A DNA stretch of 64,000 nt from an uncultured Bacteroides sp. (GCA_944322345.1 CALUOO010000007.1:57198-121197); one strand, 5' to 3'; positions 51,130-62,166 are shown, counted from the stretch's first letter. Numbers and translations: made by a program. Notes: generated by a model not told the origin, from the letters alone.

Positions 51130-51852
51130 TTAATCTATATTTAATTCAATCTCAATAGTTTTCTTTCGAGATACATATTCATCTGTTACATCCATAATAT
51201 GATGATCAAAGCAACGATATACCCTTCCGGAATATTCCCTCAGCAATTGCAAATTATGCGTGGTCATAACGACAGATGCGCCCGAAGAACAGATATTATG
51301 CAACAATTCCACAATAGCTTTTCCTGTTTCCACATCTAAATTGCCTGTCGGCTCGTCTGCAAGAATAATTTCTGGAGAATTCAGCACTGCACGCGCTATC
51401 ACAATTCGTTGTTGTTCTCCACCTGATAATTCATTGGGGAACTTATATCCTTTATTAGACATGCCCACAAGCTGTAAGACCTCGTCAATTCGTTCTTTTA
51501 TCTCCTGTTTATTCTTCCATCCAGTAGCTCGAAGTACAAATTCCAGATTATTATAAACAGTACGATCAATCAACAGTTGAAAATCCTGAAATATAATTCC
51601 AAGCTTTCTTCGTAACTGAGGAATATATTTCCGCTTAATAGAGCACATATCATATCCTAACACTTCTGCCTCTCCATCTGCCACATCTAACTCTCCATAC
51701 ATAGTTTTAAGCAGACTTGTTTTTCCTGAGCCTACCTTCCCTATTAAATACAAAAACTCTCCCTTATGCAATTCCAAATTTACATTTTCCAAAACCGAGA
51801 GTTCTTGTTGACGGATTTCTACATTCTTATATTTAATCAGTGCTTCTTCCAT
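51130..51852 (-). CDS. ftsE: ABC ATP-binding protein, FtsE-like
   Basis: GKVGSGKT, FQDFQLL, LSGGEQQR and ADEPTGNLD motifs. Confidence 0.85.
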   Translation of the reverse strand: MEEALIKYKNVEIRQQELSVLENVNLELHKGEFLYLIGKVGSGKTSLLKTMYGELDVADGEAEVLGYDMCSIKRKYIPQLRRKLGIIFQDFQLLIDRTVYNNLEFVLRATGWKNKQEIKERIDEVLQLVGMSNKGYKFPNELSGGEQQRIVIARAVLNSPEIILADEPTGNLDVETGKAIVELLHNICSSGASVVMTTHNLQLLREYSGRVYRCFDHHIMDVTDEYVSRKKTIEIELNID

Positions 51853-52469
51853 GTACTGCTATGCCTTTCTTGCAACTCACGAGCAAGATCTTCAAGACTG
51901 TACCCTTTTGATGTAAGTAAGACGATAAGATGATAAATTAAATCAGCTCCCTCATAAATCAAACGATCGCTAGTGCCATTGGTTGCTTCAATTACTGTTT
52001 CCACAGCTTCTTCACCAACCTTTTGTGCCATTTTATTTACTCCAGACTTAAATAAACTGGTCGTATAAGAACCTTCTGGCATTTCAACATGACGTCTATC
52101 AATAAAATCCTGTAAATTCTTTAAGAACATAATAGGTTCTTCATTCTTTTCTCCCCAACATGTATCTGTTCCTGTATGACAAACAGGTCCAACAGGATTT
52201 ACCATAATCAACAGCGTGTCGTTATCACAGTCCGATTTTATCGAAACAACATTCAAAAAATGACCACTTTCCTCTCCTTTCGTCCATAGACGTTTTTTAG
52301 TACGGCTAAAAAAAGTTACTTTTCCTGTTTCTACAGTTTTACGATAAGCATCTTCATTCATAAATCCCAACATTAATACCTTACGAGTCTCATTATCTTG
52401 TATCACTGCAGGAATTAATCCATTCATTTTATCAAAATCCAGTTCTAACATTCTATCCTTAATTTTCAT
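51837..52469 (-). CDS. hisIE: Phosphoribosyl-AMP cyclohydrolase / phosphoribosyl-ATP pyrophosphatase
   Basis: LWTKGEESG, DCDNDT, CHTG and KVGEEAVE motifs. Confidence 0.97.
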   Translation of the reverse strand: MKIKDRMLELDFDKMNGLIPAVIQDNETRKVLMLGFMNEDAYRKTVETGKVTFFSRTKKRLWTKGEESGHFLNVVSIKSDCDNDTLLIMVNPVGPVCHTGTDTCWGEKNEEPIMFLKNLQDFIDRRHVEMPEGSYTTSLFKSGVNKMAQKVGEEAVETVIEATNGTSDRLIYEGADLIYHLIVLLTSKGYSLEDLARELQERHSSTWKKH

Positions 52470-52530
52470 TTACCAATACTAAATAGCAAAACATTTTCCT
52501 CTGCAAATCATTTACTTATTACTTCAACCA

Positions 52531-53289
52531 TCAGACCATACGCATTGGAATATTCTGTGCGCAAAGATACGATTTTAATTCGGGAATTTTAATTTCTCCA
52601 AAATGAAAAACACTGGCAGCCAATGCCGCATCTGCTTTTCCCAACAAAAAAGCATCACGAAAATGTTCCTTCTGACCAGCACCTCCCGAGGCTATCACAG
52701 GTATCGAAAGTTGTTCTGACAGCATTGCCAATGTATCATTTGCATAACCAGTCTTAACGCCATCATGATCCATGCTTGTAAACAGAATTTCTCCCGCTCC
52801 GCGCTCTTGAGCCTCCTTCGTCCATGAAAATAATTTTTTATCTGTTTTAACTCGTCCACCGTTTAAATAACAGAACCAACTATCCCCACATCTCTTAGCA
52901 TCAACAGCCAACACACAAACTTGTGAGCCAAAATGCTGAGCAATCTCATCTATCAGTAAAGGATTGCGGATAGCAGCCGAATTAATAGAAATTTTATCTG
53001 CTCCGGCATTCAACAAGCGTTCTACATCGCCCAATTCATTAATGCCTCCTCCTACCGTAAATGGAATATCAATATTAGCGGCGATCCGTTTAACTAGTTC
53101 CACAAATGTTTTTCGCCCCTCATAACTAGCTGTAATATCCAAGAAAACAAGTTCATCAGCACCTTGAGCACTATATGCCCGCCCTAATTCGACAGGATCA
53201 CCTGCATGCCGCAAGTTCAAAAAATTTATCCCTTTTACAGTTTGCCCATCTTTAATATCCAGACATGGTATAATTCTTTTCGCTAACAC
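52531..53289 (-). CDS. hisF: Imidazole glycerol phosphate synthase cyclase subunit
   Basis: [22 protein letters not shown] and IASGGAG motifs. Confidence 0.97.
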   Translation of the reverse strand: MLAKRIIPCLDIKDGQTVKGINFLNLRHAGDPVELGRAYSAQGADELVFLDITASYEGRKTFVELVKRIAANIDIPFTVGGGINELGDVERLLNAGADKISINSAAIRNPLLIDEIAQHFGSQVCVLAVDAKRCGDSWFCYLNGGRVKTDKKLFSWTKEAQERGAGEILFTSMDHDGVKTGYANDTLAMLSEQLSIPVIASGGAGQKEHFRDAFLLGKADAALAASVFHFGEIKIPELKSYLCAQNIPMRMV

Positions 53290-53326
53290 AATTCACTACT
53301 TTTTTTCTAATTCAACTTTTCCTATT

Positions 53327-54049
53327 TTAATCAAAAAAAATCTTCAAATCTTTCAATGCAATCTTTCCCTCATATAATGCCTTTCCTAGAATAACACCAG
53401 GAATATGCGCCTCTTCTAAAGCAATGATATCATCCAATCTTCCCACACCTCCACTAGCAATCAATTGCAAATCTGAAAATTTAAACAATATTTCTTCGTA
53501 TAAAGAAAGAGAAGGTCCTTTTAGCATTCCATCACACGCGATATCAGTGCATATCACCTTACGAACTCCTTTACTAACATACTTTTCTAGAAAAGCAAAC
53601 AATTCAAAATGGCTTTCCTCCTTCCAGCCATTCATTGCAATATTACGATCCTTTACATCTGCTCCTAAAATAATACGCTCACTACCATACTTCTCTAACC
53701 AACGGCAAAAGGTATCAGGCTCCCTCACAGCAATACTGCCTCCTGTCACCATTTGTGCTCCACTCTCAAAAGCAATTTTCAGATCTTCATCACTCTTTAC
53801 TCCTCCCCCAAAATCTATCACCAAAGAGGTACAAACTGCGATTTGTTCCAATATCTTATAATTCACAACATGGTGAGAAACAGCACCATCCAAGTCAACA
53901 ACATGAAGTCGACGGATACCATGCGCTTCAAACTCTTTTGCAACCTCAACAGGATTTTCATTATACACTTTCTTACTAGTATAATCACCTTGAGAAAGAC
54001 GAACACATTTCCCCTCAATAATATCAATGGCTGGAATTATCTCGATCAT
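53327..54049 (-). CDS. hisA: ProFAR isomerase
   Basis: [28 protein letters not shown] and TDIACDGML motifs. Confidence 0.97.
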   Translation of the reverse strand: MIEIIPAIDIIEGKCVRLSQGDYTSKKVYNENPVEVAKEFEAHGIRRLHVVDLDGAVSHHVVNYKILEQIAVCTSLVIDFGGGVKSDEDLKIAFESGAQMVTGGSIAVREPDTFCRWLEKYGSERIILGADVKDRNIAMNGWKEESHFELFAFLEKYVSKGVRKVICTDIACDGMLKGPSLSLYEEILFKFSDLQLIASGGVGRLDDIIALEEAHIPGVILGKALYEGKIALKDLKIFFD

Positions 54050-54063
54050 CAGATTATTATATT

Positions 54064-54657
54064 CTATATCTTTAAAAAATTAGCTAAAATCTGTTCTCCT
54101 ACTTTTCCACTTTTTTCCGGATGAAACTGAGTAGCATAGAAATTATCCTTATTTAGTGCAGAACTAAAAGACTGAATGTAATCAGTTTCAGAAGCTGTAA
54201 AATCACAAATAGGCACATAATAACTATGGACAAAATACACATACTCTTTTTCCTTAAATCCATCAAATAGATGACCGTTCATCCTATTTATTGTATTCCA
54301 TCCCATATGAGGGACTTTATCAGTATGCACTAATGGAGAGAACCTCTTCACATCCACATCAAAAATTCTCAGGCAGTCCACTTCTCCTTCTTCTGAGTAA
54401 CGACACATAAGCTGCATACCCAAACAAATGCCCAGCACTGGTTGACGCAAACTTTTTATTACTCCATCCAAACCCGTCTTTCGTAAATATTCCATCGTGG
54501 TTTTAGCCTCCCCGACTCCGGGAAAAATTACTTTATCAGCAGACAAAATTTTTTCTTTATCAGCCGTAATTATCGCTTCTGCGCCCAACCGCTTCAAAGC
54601 ATAATCCACAGAGCAAACATTCCCAGCATTATATTTAACTATTACTATCTTCATCAA
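54064..54657 (-). CDS. hisH: Imidazole glycerol phosphate synthase glutaminase subunit
   Basis: [18 protein letters not shown] and QFHPEKS motifs. Confidence 0.97.
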   Translation of the reverse strand: MMKIVIVKYNAGNVCSVDYALKRLGAEAIITADKEKILSADKVIFPGVGEAKTTMEYLRKTGLDGVIKSLRQPVLGICLGMQLMCRYSEEGEVDCLRIFDVDVKRFSPLVHTDKVPHMGWNTINRMNGHLFDGFKEKEYVYFVHSYYVPICDFTASETDYIQSFSSALNKDNFYATQFHPEKSGKVGEQILANFLKI

Positions 54658-55538
54658 CTAAAAATTACAGTTTTATTTTTATAAGCTAAGATCTTACGTT
54701 CAATATGCTTTTGAACGGCACGGGACAGAACTATTTTTTCAAGATCCTTTCCCTTATTAATCAAATCTTCTATCGCATCTTTATGTGTAATCCTCACTAC
54801 ATCCTGTTCTATAATAGGACCTGCATCCAGTTCGGTTGTCACATAATGGCTAGTCGCACCAATAATTTTTACTCCTCTCTCAAAAGCAGCATGGTAAGGT
54901 CGAGCCCCAACAAATGCAGGAAGAAAAGAATGATGAATATTAATGATCTTGTCCGGGTAAGCATCAATAATCCGTTCTGAAAGCACCTGCATATAACGTG
55001 CCAAGACTATAAATGTAATTCTGTGTTTCTTCAATAATTCCAGTTCCTTGCGCTCCTGCTCTTCCTTGGTTTCCTTAGTAATGGGGAACAAATGAAAGGG
55101 TATGCCAAATCGTTCTGCAACATGTTGCAAATCCGGATGGTTACTAACAATAAGAGGGATCTCTACATTCCATTCGCCTGCAGTATAGCGCGCCAACATA
55201 TCAAAGAGACAATGAGACATCTTGGAGACAAATATAGCCATTCGAGGTTTTACATCTGAAAAATACAGTTGAAAATCCATTTCATATTTCTGCGCATAAA
55301 GAGTTCTAAAATAATCTTCTATTTTTTCCCGAGGAATCAAGAAGCACTCTAATTCCCACTCTATACGCATAAAGAAAATATTCTCAACACGATCAACATA
55401 TTGATCCAAATAAACGATATTTCCCTTATTTACAGTAATAAAATCTGTCACATCCGCTAAAATTCCCGGTTTGTCGGGGCAATGTAATAATAATTTAGCC
55501 GTAATCATCATTTGCCTTGCCTGTTTATATTTCATCAT
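54654..55538 (-). CDS. purU: Formyltetrahydrofolate deformylase
   Basis: CPDKPGI (ACT), LARYMQ, INIHHSFLPAF and LDAGPIIEQ motifs; the true start may be a later Met. Confidence 0.96.
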   Translation of the reverse strand: MMKYKQARQMMITAKLLLHCPDKPGILADVTDFITVNKGNIVYLDQYVDRVENIFFMRIEWELECFLIPREKIEDYFRTLYAQKYEMDFQLYFSDVKPRMAIFVSKMSHCLFDMLARYTAGEWNVEIPLIVSNHPDLQHVAERFGIPFHLFPITKETKEEQERKELELLKKHRITFIVLARYMQVLSERIIDAYPDKIINIHHSFLPAFVGARPYHAAFERGVKIIGATSHYVTTELDAGPIIEQDVVRITHKDAIEDLINKGKDLEKIVLSRAVQKHIERKILAYKNKTVIFS

Positions 55539-55962
55539 TTAATTTTCAAAATGCAAAAATAACGAATTATTGCAAATAGCGGATTAGATTAACATAAAGT
55601 TTGCAATAAATATTTATTTTCTTACATATAGAAAGCCATTCTGTAATAAAAACAACCATTATAATCTATAAAAACTCACATAATATACCATTAGTCTATC
55701 ATGTAAAATATAAAACAGAAAACATAAATTCAGCTATACATTATCTATCCATAAGAACCAACCGCTTCTACAATTAATACTACAACATAGGCATTTACGA
55801 CATAACCAACTCCCAGATAGCAACATATAAAGACAAAATCGTCTTTACACACGTTTTACCAGACGCCTTCTATTCCCACAAAACAAACCTTTTCTTTCAA
55901 AATGCAGAACGATATACAAAGTTTTATAAACGTCAATTCCTACATAAAGGCAGCAACTTTAT

Positions 55963-56030
55963 ACGAGATGTACATCTCACAAAGTACAACATGCTCATCC
56001 CGTACAGTGCGAGATGGGCATGTCGTCCAT
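55963..56030. repeat. Three 23-bp-period units of the GA(G/C)AT-N4-AT(C/G)TC family
   Basis: GAGATgtacATCTC at 55965, AACATgctcATCCC at 55988 and GAGATgggcATGTC at 56011. Confidence 0.75.
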
Positions 56031-56297
56031 ATCAGATAATCTATCGCCCTAAAATAACAGACTAAAGATACACTTCCTTCAATAAAAAACCTATACTTCG
56101 ACTGATATCAACTGAGAAAAAATTCTCTATGTAATAACTACAAATTACTCACCAACAAAAAAACAGACATAAGATCTTTCATATTCAACCACACATCACT
56201 GTACGTTTTATATCTCTGCACCAGACTATTGCTAAAGAAGAAATTCAATTTTATAATAAAAAAGGACTCTACCATTTGCATATTCGCAAAAAAGCAC

Positions 56298-56305
56298 TAC
56301 CTTTG
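56298..56305 (+). promoter_or_regulatory. -7 promoter element for the tRNA-Asp pair
   Basis: TACCTTTG matches TAnnTTTG. Confidence 0.7.
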
Positions 56306-56342
56306 CACCCGCGAATTGAGAGAAATTCATTAGATAAATATT

Positions 56343-56416
56343 GGTGCGTTAGTTCAGTTGGTTAGAATACATGCCTGTCACGCATGGGGTCACGGGTTCG
56401 AGTCCCGTACGCACCG
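56343..56416 (+). tRNA. tRNA-Asp (GTC), copy 1
   Basis: GGTGCGT acceptor stem, D-arm AGTTCAGTTGGTTAGAA, anticodon loop CT-GTC-AC, T-arm GGTTCGAGTCC. Confidence 0.97.
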
Positions 56417-56442
56417 CTTTAAAATAAAACCAATTTATAATT

Positions 56443-56516
56443 GGTGCGTTAGTTCAGTTGGTTAGAATACATGCCTGTCACGCATGGGGTCACGGGTTCG
56501 AGTCCCGTACGCACCG
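56443..56516 (+). tRNA. tRNA-Asp (GTC), copy 2
   Basis: Identical 74-nt sequence 100 bp downstream of copy 1. Confidence 0.97.
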
Positions 56517-56540
56517 CTTTAAAAATAAAGTTATAACAAA

Positions 56541-56578
56541 AAGAGCTCTGATTTCATTAAGAATCGGAGCTTTTTTAT
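56541..56578 (+). terminator. Terminator after the tRNA-Asp pair
   Basis: AAGAGCTCTGATT / AATCGGAGCTTTT hairpin followed by a T-run. Confidence 0.7.
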
Positions 56579-56690
56579 TTTCCAACTCAATCATCCCAAC
56601 CAATATACAATTAAATTCATTCCAAACAGATATATAATACCTTAACGAAGAAATAAAAAAAGATGCCACTTAATGGACATCTTTTTTGAG

Positions 56691-56764
56691 AGCCTCTTGT
56701 CGGATTCGAACCAACGACCCCGAGATTACAAATCACGTGCTCTGGCCAACTGAGCTAAAGAGGC
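56691..56764 (-). tRNA. tRNA-Thr (TGT)
   Basis: Reverse complement GCCTCTTTAGCTCAGTTGGCCAGAGCACGTGATTTGTAATCTCGGGGTCGTTGGTTCGAATCCGACAAGAGGCT; TACCTTTG promoter at 56782-56789 (minus) and a terminator at 56655-56687. Confidence 0.95.
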
Positions 56765-56864
56765 TTTTTCGTTTTCGGGTGCAAAGGTAGAAAAAGAATC
56801 TGAAACTACAAATATCCAAATAACTTTTTCGTATATTTGCTGGCAGAACTTTAACCATAGAAAT

Positions 56865-57467
56865 ATGAAAAAGCAAATTCTAATAGTAAGTACAATTTTC
56901 CACATAATCTTTTTTTGTTCATCTTGTTCTGAAAAAGGGAAAATTGAGAAAAAAATTCAAGATACAACAGATAGCATAAAAGCTCCACTTCAAAAATCAT
57001 CTACAAAAGCTGACAGCTGTGGATACATAGTAAAAACAGGAGATATTGCGCCCGATTTTATCATCACATTGACCGATGGTAAACAGATAAGTTTATCTTC
57101 ATTACGTGGTAAAATCGTTATGTTGCAGTTTACTGCTAGTTGGTGTGGTGTCTGTCGCCAAGAAATGCCATTTATAGAAAAAGATATTTGGCAGAAACAC
57201 AAAAATAACGATGATTTTATGTTAATAGGAATCGATCGTGATGAACCGCTCGAGAGAGTAATTGCATTCGCTAAATCCACAGGAGTCACCTACCCGATTG
57301 GATTAGATCCTGGAGCCAATATATTTACAAAATATGCATTACGAGATTCTGGTATAACAAGAAATGTACTTATCGACCGCAATGGAATAATTATACAGCT
57401 GACTCGCCTTTACAACGAAAAGGAATTTTCTTCCTTAGTACAGAACATAGATAAACTTCTGAAATAA
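56865..57467 (+). CDS. TlpA-like thiol-disulfide redoxin, exported or lipoprotein
   Basis: APDF, ASWCGVC (CxxC) and a signal/lipobox-like N-terminus. Confidence 0.9.
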   Translation: MKKQILIVSTIFHIIFFCSSCSEKGKIEKKIQDTTDSIKAPLQKSSTKADSCGYIVKTGDIAPDFIITLTDGKQISLSSLRGKIVMLQFTASWCGVCRQEMPFIEKDIWQKHKNNDDFMLIGIDRDEPLERVIAFAKSTGVTYPIGLDPGANIFTKYALRDSGITRNVLIDRNGIIIQLTRLYNEKEFSSLVQNIDKLLK

Positions 57468-57478
57468 CTACATAAACA

Positions 57479-59734
57479 ATGTCGGAACTACCTACACTCA
57501 TTGCCGATCTTTCACTAATCCTGCTCTGCGCAGGAATAATGACATTACTTTTCAAAAAGCTAAAGCAACCTTTAGTTTTAGGATATATAGTAGCAGGATT
57601 TTTAGCAAGCCCAGGAATGCCCTATACACCTTCCGTCATTGACACTACAAACATCAAAATATGGGCAGATATCGGAGTTATATTTTTACTATTCGCTCTT
57701 GGGCTAGAATTCAGCATCAAAAAAATCGTAAAAGTAGGAGGTACAGCTGTCATAGCAGCATGTACCATTATTTTTTGCATGATCTTGCTAGGCATTGGTG
57801 TGGGCATGTCATTCGGATGGCAACATATGGACTGTTTGTTCTTAGGTGGAATGATTGCCATGTCATCCACAACCATCATCTATAAAGCCTTTGATGATTT
57901 AGGATTACGAAAAAAGCAGTTCACAGGGTTAGTATTAAGCATTCTGGTCCTAGAAGATATACTTGCTATTGTACTAATGGTTATGCTTTCAACCATGGCA
58001 GTAAGCAACAACTTTGAAGGAACAGAGATGCTAGAAAGCATTGGCAAACTTTTATTTTTCCTTATTTTATGGTTTATCGTAGGAATTTATTTAGTCCCCG
58101 AATTTCTAAAACGCTCCCGTAAATTTATGGGAGAGGAAACCTTGCTTATAATATCGTTAGCACTCTGCTTTGGAATGGTAGTCATTGCAGCCAGAACTGG
58201 ATTTTCAGCAGCCTTCGGAGCTTTTATTATGGGTTCAATTCTAGCCGAAACTATCGAAGCCGAATCTATCACACAAATAGTAAAGCCTGTAAAAGACCTT
58301 TTTGGAGCCATATTCTTTGTATCAGTTGGTATGATGGTTAATCTTCACATGATTGTAGAGTATGCAATTCCAATTCTTATTATCACAATAGCGGTCATTG
58401 TTGGACAATCGACTTTCGGGACATTCGGAGTATTACTTTCAGGAAAAACATTGAAAACAGCAATGCAGTGTGGATTCAGCCTAACACAAATTGGTGAATT
58501 TGCTTTTATCATAGCAACATTAGGAGTCTCTTTGCATGTCACAAGTGACTTCTTATACCCAATTGTTGTAGCAGTCTCAGTCATCACAACTTTCCTGACA
58601 CCATATATGATACGGTTAGCTGAGCCAGCTTATAATTTCGTAGACAATCATCTTCCAAGCTCATGGAAAAAATTCCTCCAACGATATTCTACCAACTCTT
58701 CAACAGTGGTTAATCATGAAAATCTATGGAAAAAGTTATTAATAGCAATCACAAGAATTACTATTGTATATTCTATTGTAATTATCTCAATCATTGCTAT
58801 TTTTTTCCGTTTTATAATACCATTTTTAGAAAAAAGCTTACCCTCTTTATGGGCTTCGATCCTTGGAGCAATAATCACGATTATATGTATCTCACCATTC
58901 CTTCGCGCCATCATGGTCAAAAAAAATCGTTCTGTAGAATACATGACGCTATGGTACGAAAATAAAGCTAATAGAGCTCCATTAATATCAACAATTGTAA
59001 TTCGAATAATGATAGCAGCTTTATTTATCATCTTCGTTATATCCGGATTATTCAAAGCATCAATAGGAATAGTTAGCGGAATAGCAGTACTAACCATCCT
59101 ACTAATAATATGGTCACGACGTTTAAAAAAGCAATCGATTTTAATTGAAAGACGTTTCTTCCAAAATTTACATTCCAGAGATATACGTGCTGAATATTTG
59201 GGAGAAAAAAAACCTGCATATGCAGGACGATTACTATCCCATGATTTACATTTGGCAGATATTGAAGTACCAGAAGAATCGTCATGGGCAGGAAAGACTC
59301 TTCAAGAACTCAATCTAGGTAAAAACTATGGAGTACACATTGCTTCTATCTTACGTGGGAAAAAAAGAATTAATATCCCTGGCGGCAACGAACGTATATT
59401 CCCCTCCGATAAACTTCAGGTTATAGGCACAGACGATCAATTAAATACTTTTAGCGATAATATACAAAAAGGAGCTATTCCACAATGGGAAACCTATGAA
59501 CAAAGTGAAATGAACCTAAAGCAATTTATCATAGATGCAAACTCCATTTTCTTAGGAAAAAATATCCGGCAATCTGGCATTCGGGAGAAATACCACTGCA
59601 TGATAGTCGGAATAGAACGAGAAAATGGTATTTTGATGGCACCAAACGTAAATATCCCCTTCGAAGAAGGAGATATTATTTGGATAGTAGGAGAAAAAGA
59701 GAATGTATATCAATTAATAAATCAGAAACAATGA
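57479..59734 (+). CDS. CPA2 cation:proton antiporter with two TrkA-C domains
   Basis: LKQPLVLGYIVAG, LLFALGLEFS, EDILA, FFVSVG and IGEFAFI motifs; C-terminal RCK_C repeats. Confidence 0.93.
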   Translation: MSELPTLIADLSLILLCAGIMTLLFKKLKQPLVLGYIVAGFLASPGMPYTPSVIDTTNIKIWADIGVIFLLFALGLEFSIKKIVKVGGTAVIAACTIIFCMILLGIGVGMSFGWQHMDCLFLGGMIAMSSTTIIYKAFDDLGLRKKQFTGLVLSILVLEDILAIVLMVMLSTMAVSNNFEGTEMLESIGKLLFFLILWFIVGIYLVPEFLKRSRKFMGEETLLIISLALCFGMVVIAARTGFSAAFGAFIMGSILAETIEAESITQIVKPVKDLFGAIFFVSVGMMVNLHMIVEYAIPILIITIAVIVGQSTFGTFGVLLSGKTLKTAMQCGFSLTQIGEFAFIIATLGVSLHVTSDFLYPIVVAVSVITTFLTPYMIRLAEPAYNFVDNHLPSSWKKFLQRYSTNSSTVVNHENLWKKLLIAITRITIVYSIVIISIIAIFFRFIIPFLEKSLPSLWASILGAIITIICISPFLRAIMVKKNRSVEYMTLWYENKANRAPLISTIVIRIMIAALFIIFVISGLFKASIGIVSGIAVLTILLIIWSRRLKKQSILIERRFFQNLHSRDIRAEYLGEKKPAYAGRLLSHDLHLADIEVPEESSWAGKTLQELNLGKNYGVHIASILRGKKRINIPGGNERIFPSDKLQVIGTDDQLNTFSDNIQKGAIPQWETYEQSEMNLKQFIIDANSIFLGKNIRQSGIREKYHCMIVGIERENGILMAPNVNIPFEEGDIIWIVGEKENVYQLINQKQ

Positions 59735-59762
59735 TTACAGGCCTTTATCTTTATAAACAAAA

Positions 59763-60179
59763 TCAATCATCATCTTCCCAGTCCAAATCAAAATCATCAA
59801 TAAATTCAGGAGTAGTAAATTCTTCCAAACTTCTCCGTTCTTTTTTAGTAGGACGTCCTGTTCCACGCGCACGATCAACAAATCCACTAACACGACTCAT
59901 TTCTAACAATTCATATTGTTCTGGAGATGTCACGTTCTCCATCATTTCTGACACTTTTTTTGCCCCCACTCGTTTCTCTATAGGCTGCAATACTTTAAAT
60001 GAATATGTAACAGGTGGTTTTCTCACCTGAATTATATCGCCAAACTTTACCATGCGCGCAGCTTTTACCTGAGAGCCATTAATAGTTACCCTGCCTTTCT
60101 TACAAGCTTCGGCTGCAATTGTACGCGTTTTAAAAATACGTACAGCCCACATCCATTTATCAATTCTAGCTTCAGCCAT
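59763..60179 (-). CDS. hslR: S4 domain RNA-binding protein (Hsp15)
   Basis: RIDKWMWAVRIFKTR and GRPTKKERR motifs. Confidence 0.93.
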   Translation of the reverse strand: MAEARIDKWMWAVRIFKTRTIAAEACKKGRVTINGSQVKAARMVKFGDIIQVRKPPVTYSFKVLQPIEKRVGAKKVSEMMENVTSPEQYELLEMSRVSGFVDRARGTGRPTKKERRSLEEFTTPEFIDDFDLDWEDDD

Positions 60180-60185
60180 AAAGAT

Positions 60186-60755
60186 TTATTTTTTATTATA
60201 TTGATTCATAGTAACATCCAAACCAGCAAGGCAAAAACTTTTAATCATTGCTCCTGCTGTATTCAAACGCTCATCCATTATTTTCCAATCTTCATCTGTA
60301 AAATGACCAAGCACATAATCCACCTGACCACCACGAGGAAAATCATTTCCAATACCAAAACGTAAACGGGCATAATTCTGAGTACCTAAAGTAGCAGCAA
60401 TATGCTTCAGACCATTATGACCTGCATCACTCCCCTTACCCTTTAAGCGCAAACTCCCAAAAGGCAATGACAAATCATCCACTACAATCAAAAGATTCTC
60501 TAATGAAACATTCTCTTTCTGCATCCAATAACGAACAGCTAAACCACTAAGATTCATAAAAGTAGAAGGCTTAAGCAAAATTAACTGACGCCCTTTAAGA
60601 GAAAAATTTGTAACAAACCCATATCGTTTATCAATAAACGGCGGTACATTATTAGTCTTAGCCAATGCATCCACAGTCATAAACCCTATATTATGGCGGG
60701 TTTCATGGTATTCCATACCAATATTACCCAGCCCCACAATCAAATACTTATCCAT
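60186..60755 (-). CDS. pth: Peptidyl-tRNA hydrolase
   Basis: GLGNIG, TRHNIGF, TFMNLSG and GHNGLK motifs. Confidence 0.97.
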   Translation of the reverse strand: MDKYLIVGLGNIGMEYHETRHNIGFMTVDALAKTNNVPPFIDKRYGFVTNFSLKGRQLILLKPSTFMNLSGLAVRYWMQKENVSLENLLIVVDDLSLPFGSLRLKGKGSDAGHNGLKHIAATLGTQNYARLRFGIGNDFPRGGQVDYVLGHFTDEDWKIMDERLNTAGAMIKSFCLAGLDVTMNQYNKK

Positions 60756-60872
60756 CCTATTTAAATTCTACAAATACAAAAAAGCACGAATTAATGCAAT
60801 AATACAGAATAAATCTGTCTAAACTGCATTAATTCATGCTATATTTTTTCTTTCTAATTATTCAGGAAGGAT

Positions 60873-61463
60873 TTATTTTCCTGCAGCAGCTGCAGCACCT
60901 CTTGCCGCACGAGTCAATTTAACAGCACACACAACTGCTTCTTTAGCATTTATTAATTCAAGACCTTCAAAATTCAATTCACCAACCTTAATAGTCTTAC
61001 CAAGGCCTAGATGTGAAACATTGATCACTAATTTCTCTGGGATAACATTATACAAGGCTTTTACTTTCAATTTACGCATCTGCAAAGCCAATTTACCACC
61101 AGCTTTCACACCCTCAGCCAAACCTTCCAATTGAACTGGAACTTCCATCACAATAGGTTTGGCTTCATCTATCTGATAGAAATCAACATGAAGAACGGTA
61201 TCTTTCACAGGATGGAATTGAATATCTTTCATAATAGCATTAACTTTTTTGCCATCAATAATCAAGTCCACTACATAAATATGAGGAGTATAAACCAAAT
61301 TACGAAGACTTTCACTAGTCACAGTAAAATGAACAACCTCATTTCCACCATAAAGTACACAAGGTACACCACCGTTTTTACGAATTTCTTTTAAAGCTCT
61401 AGTTTGTTCAGAAGAACGTTCTGCAATAGTTCTTGCAGTTCCTTTTAATTCAAATGATTTCAT
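60873..61463 (-). CDS. rplY: 50S ribosomal protein L25 / Ctc
   Basis: VPCVLYG, IQFHPV and HVDFY motifs; TACTTTTG element at 61542-61549 (minus). Confidence 0.96.
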   Translation of the reverse strand: MKSFELKGTARTIAERSSEQTRALKEIRKNGGVPCVLYGGNEVVHFTVTSESLRNLVYTPHIYVVDLIIDGKKVNAIMKDIQFHPVKDTVLHVDFYQIDEAKPIVMEVPVQLEGLAEGVKAGGKLALQMRKLKVKALYNVIPEKLVINVSHLGLGKTIKVGELNFEGLELINAKEAVVCAVKLTRAARGAAAAAGK

Positions 61464-61610
61464 TTTTAATTTTTTTTGTGTTACTCTAAATTAAGTTATT
61501 TTTGCTCAATTCACCATCACACGATGCTGCAAAAATCGGTGCAAAAGTATATATATTTTTTAGAATATCCAAATTCTATATCAACCGACATTCAATATAA
61601 GATAAAATTC

Positions 61611-62003
61611 TTAGAAATCAATATCAATTTTGATTTCTCCCTCTACTTTCTTGTCCACATTATTATTTAAAAGAGTAGAAGAGCCTTCCACATTCAGTCC
61701 ACCATCATGTTCTTGCTCATTATTATTAATAAAATCAATTGCTTGCGACAATCCTGCCATAAACTTCTCAAAATCTTCCTTATACAGGAATATTTTATGC
61801 TTCTCAAAACTAACCTGAGAGTCATCCCCTTCACCCAATACGATTTTTTTACTTTCCGTAATGGCTAGAAACATTTCATCTTTACGATTCTTTTTTACGT
61901 CAAGATAATAGATACGTTTACCGGCTTTAATTGATTTTGAGAATATAATCTCTTTATCATTAACATCTGTACTCATTTTACTTTTTAATTCTTCCATAAT
62001 CAT
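61611..62003 (-). CDS. DUF3276 family (PUR-like nucleic-acid-binding) protein
   Basis: IFSKSIKAGKRIYYLDVK, LAITESKK and KHKIFLYKEDF. Confidence 0.85.
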   Translation of the reverse strand: MIMEELKSKMSTDVNDKEIIFSKSIKAGKRIYYLDVKKNRKDEMFLAITESKKIVLGEGDDSQVSFEKHKIFLYKEDFEKFMAGLSQAIDFINNNEQEHDGGLNVEGSSTLLNNNVDKKVEGEIKIDIDF

Positions 62004-62166
62004 TCAGTCCGTTTATTATCGGCTTCAAAATTGGATATTTTTTTTTAACTACCCAAAGAAAATAAGCAGAGAATAAAAGGTAACATTAAAAAATGTGATT
62101 TATTTATGGATACTCATCAAAAATATCTACTTTTGCATTTTAAAAGTAACAGTTTCAATTAAAGTT

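Noticed and set aside
56343-56764. Prophage or ICE attachment sites at the tRNAs
   Set aside because: Both tRNA-Asp copies are full length, there is no partial tRNA repeat elsewhere in the window, and no integrase is present.
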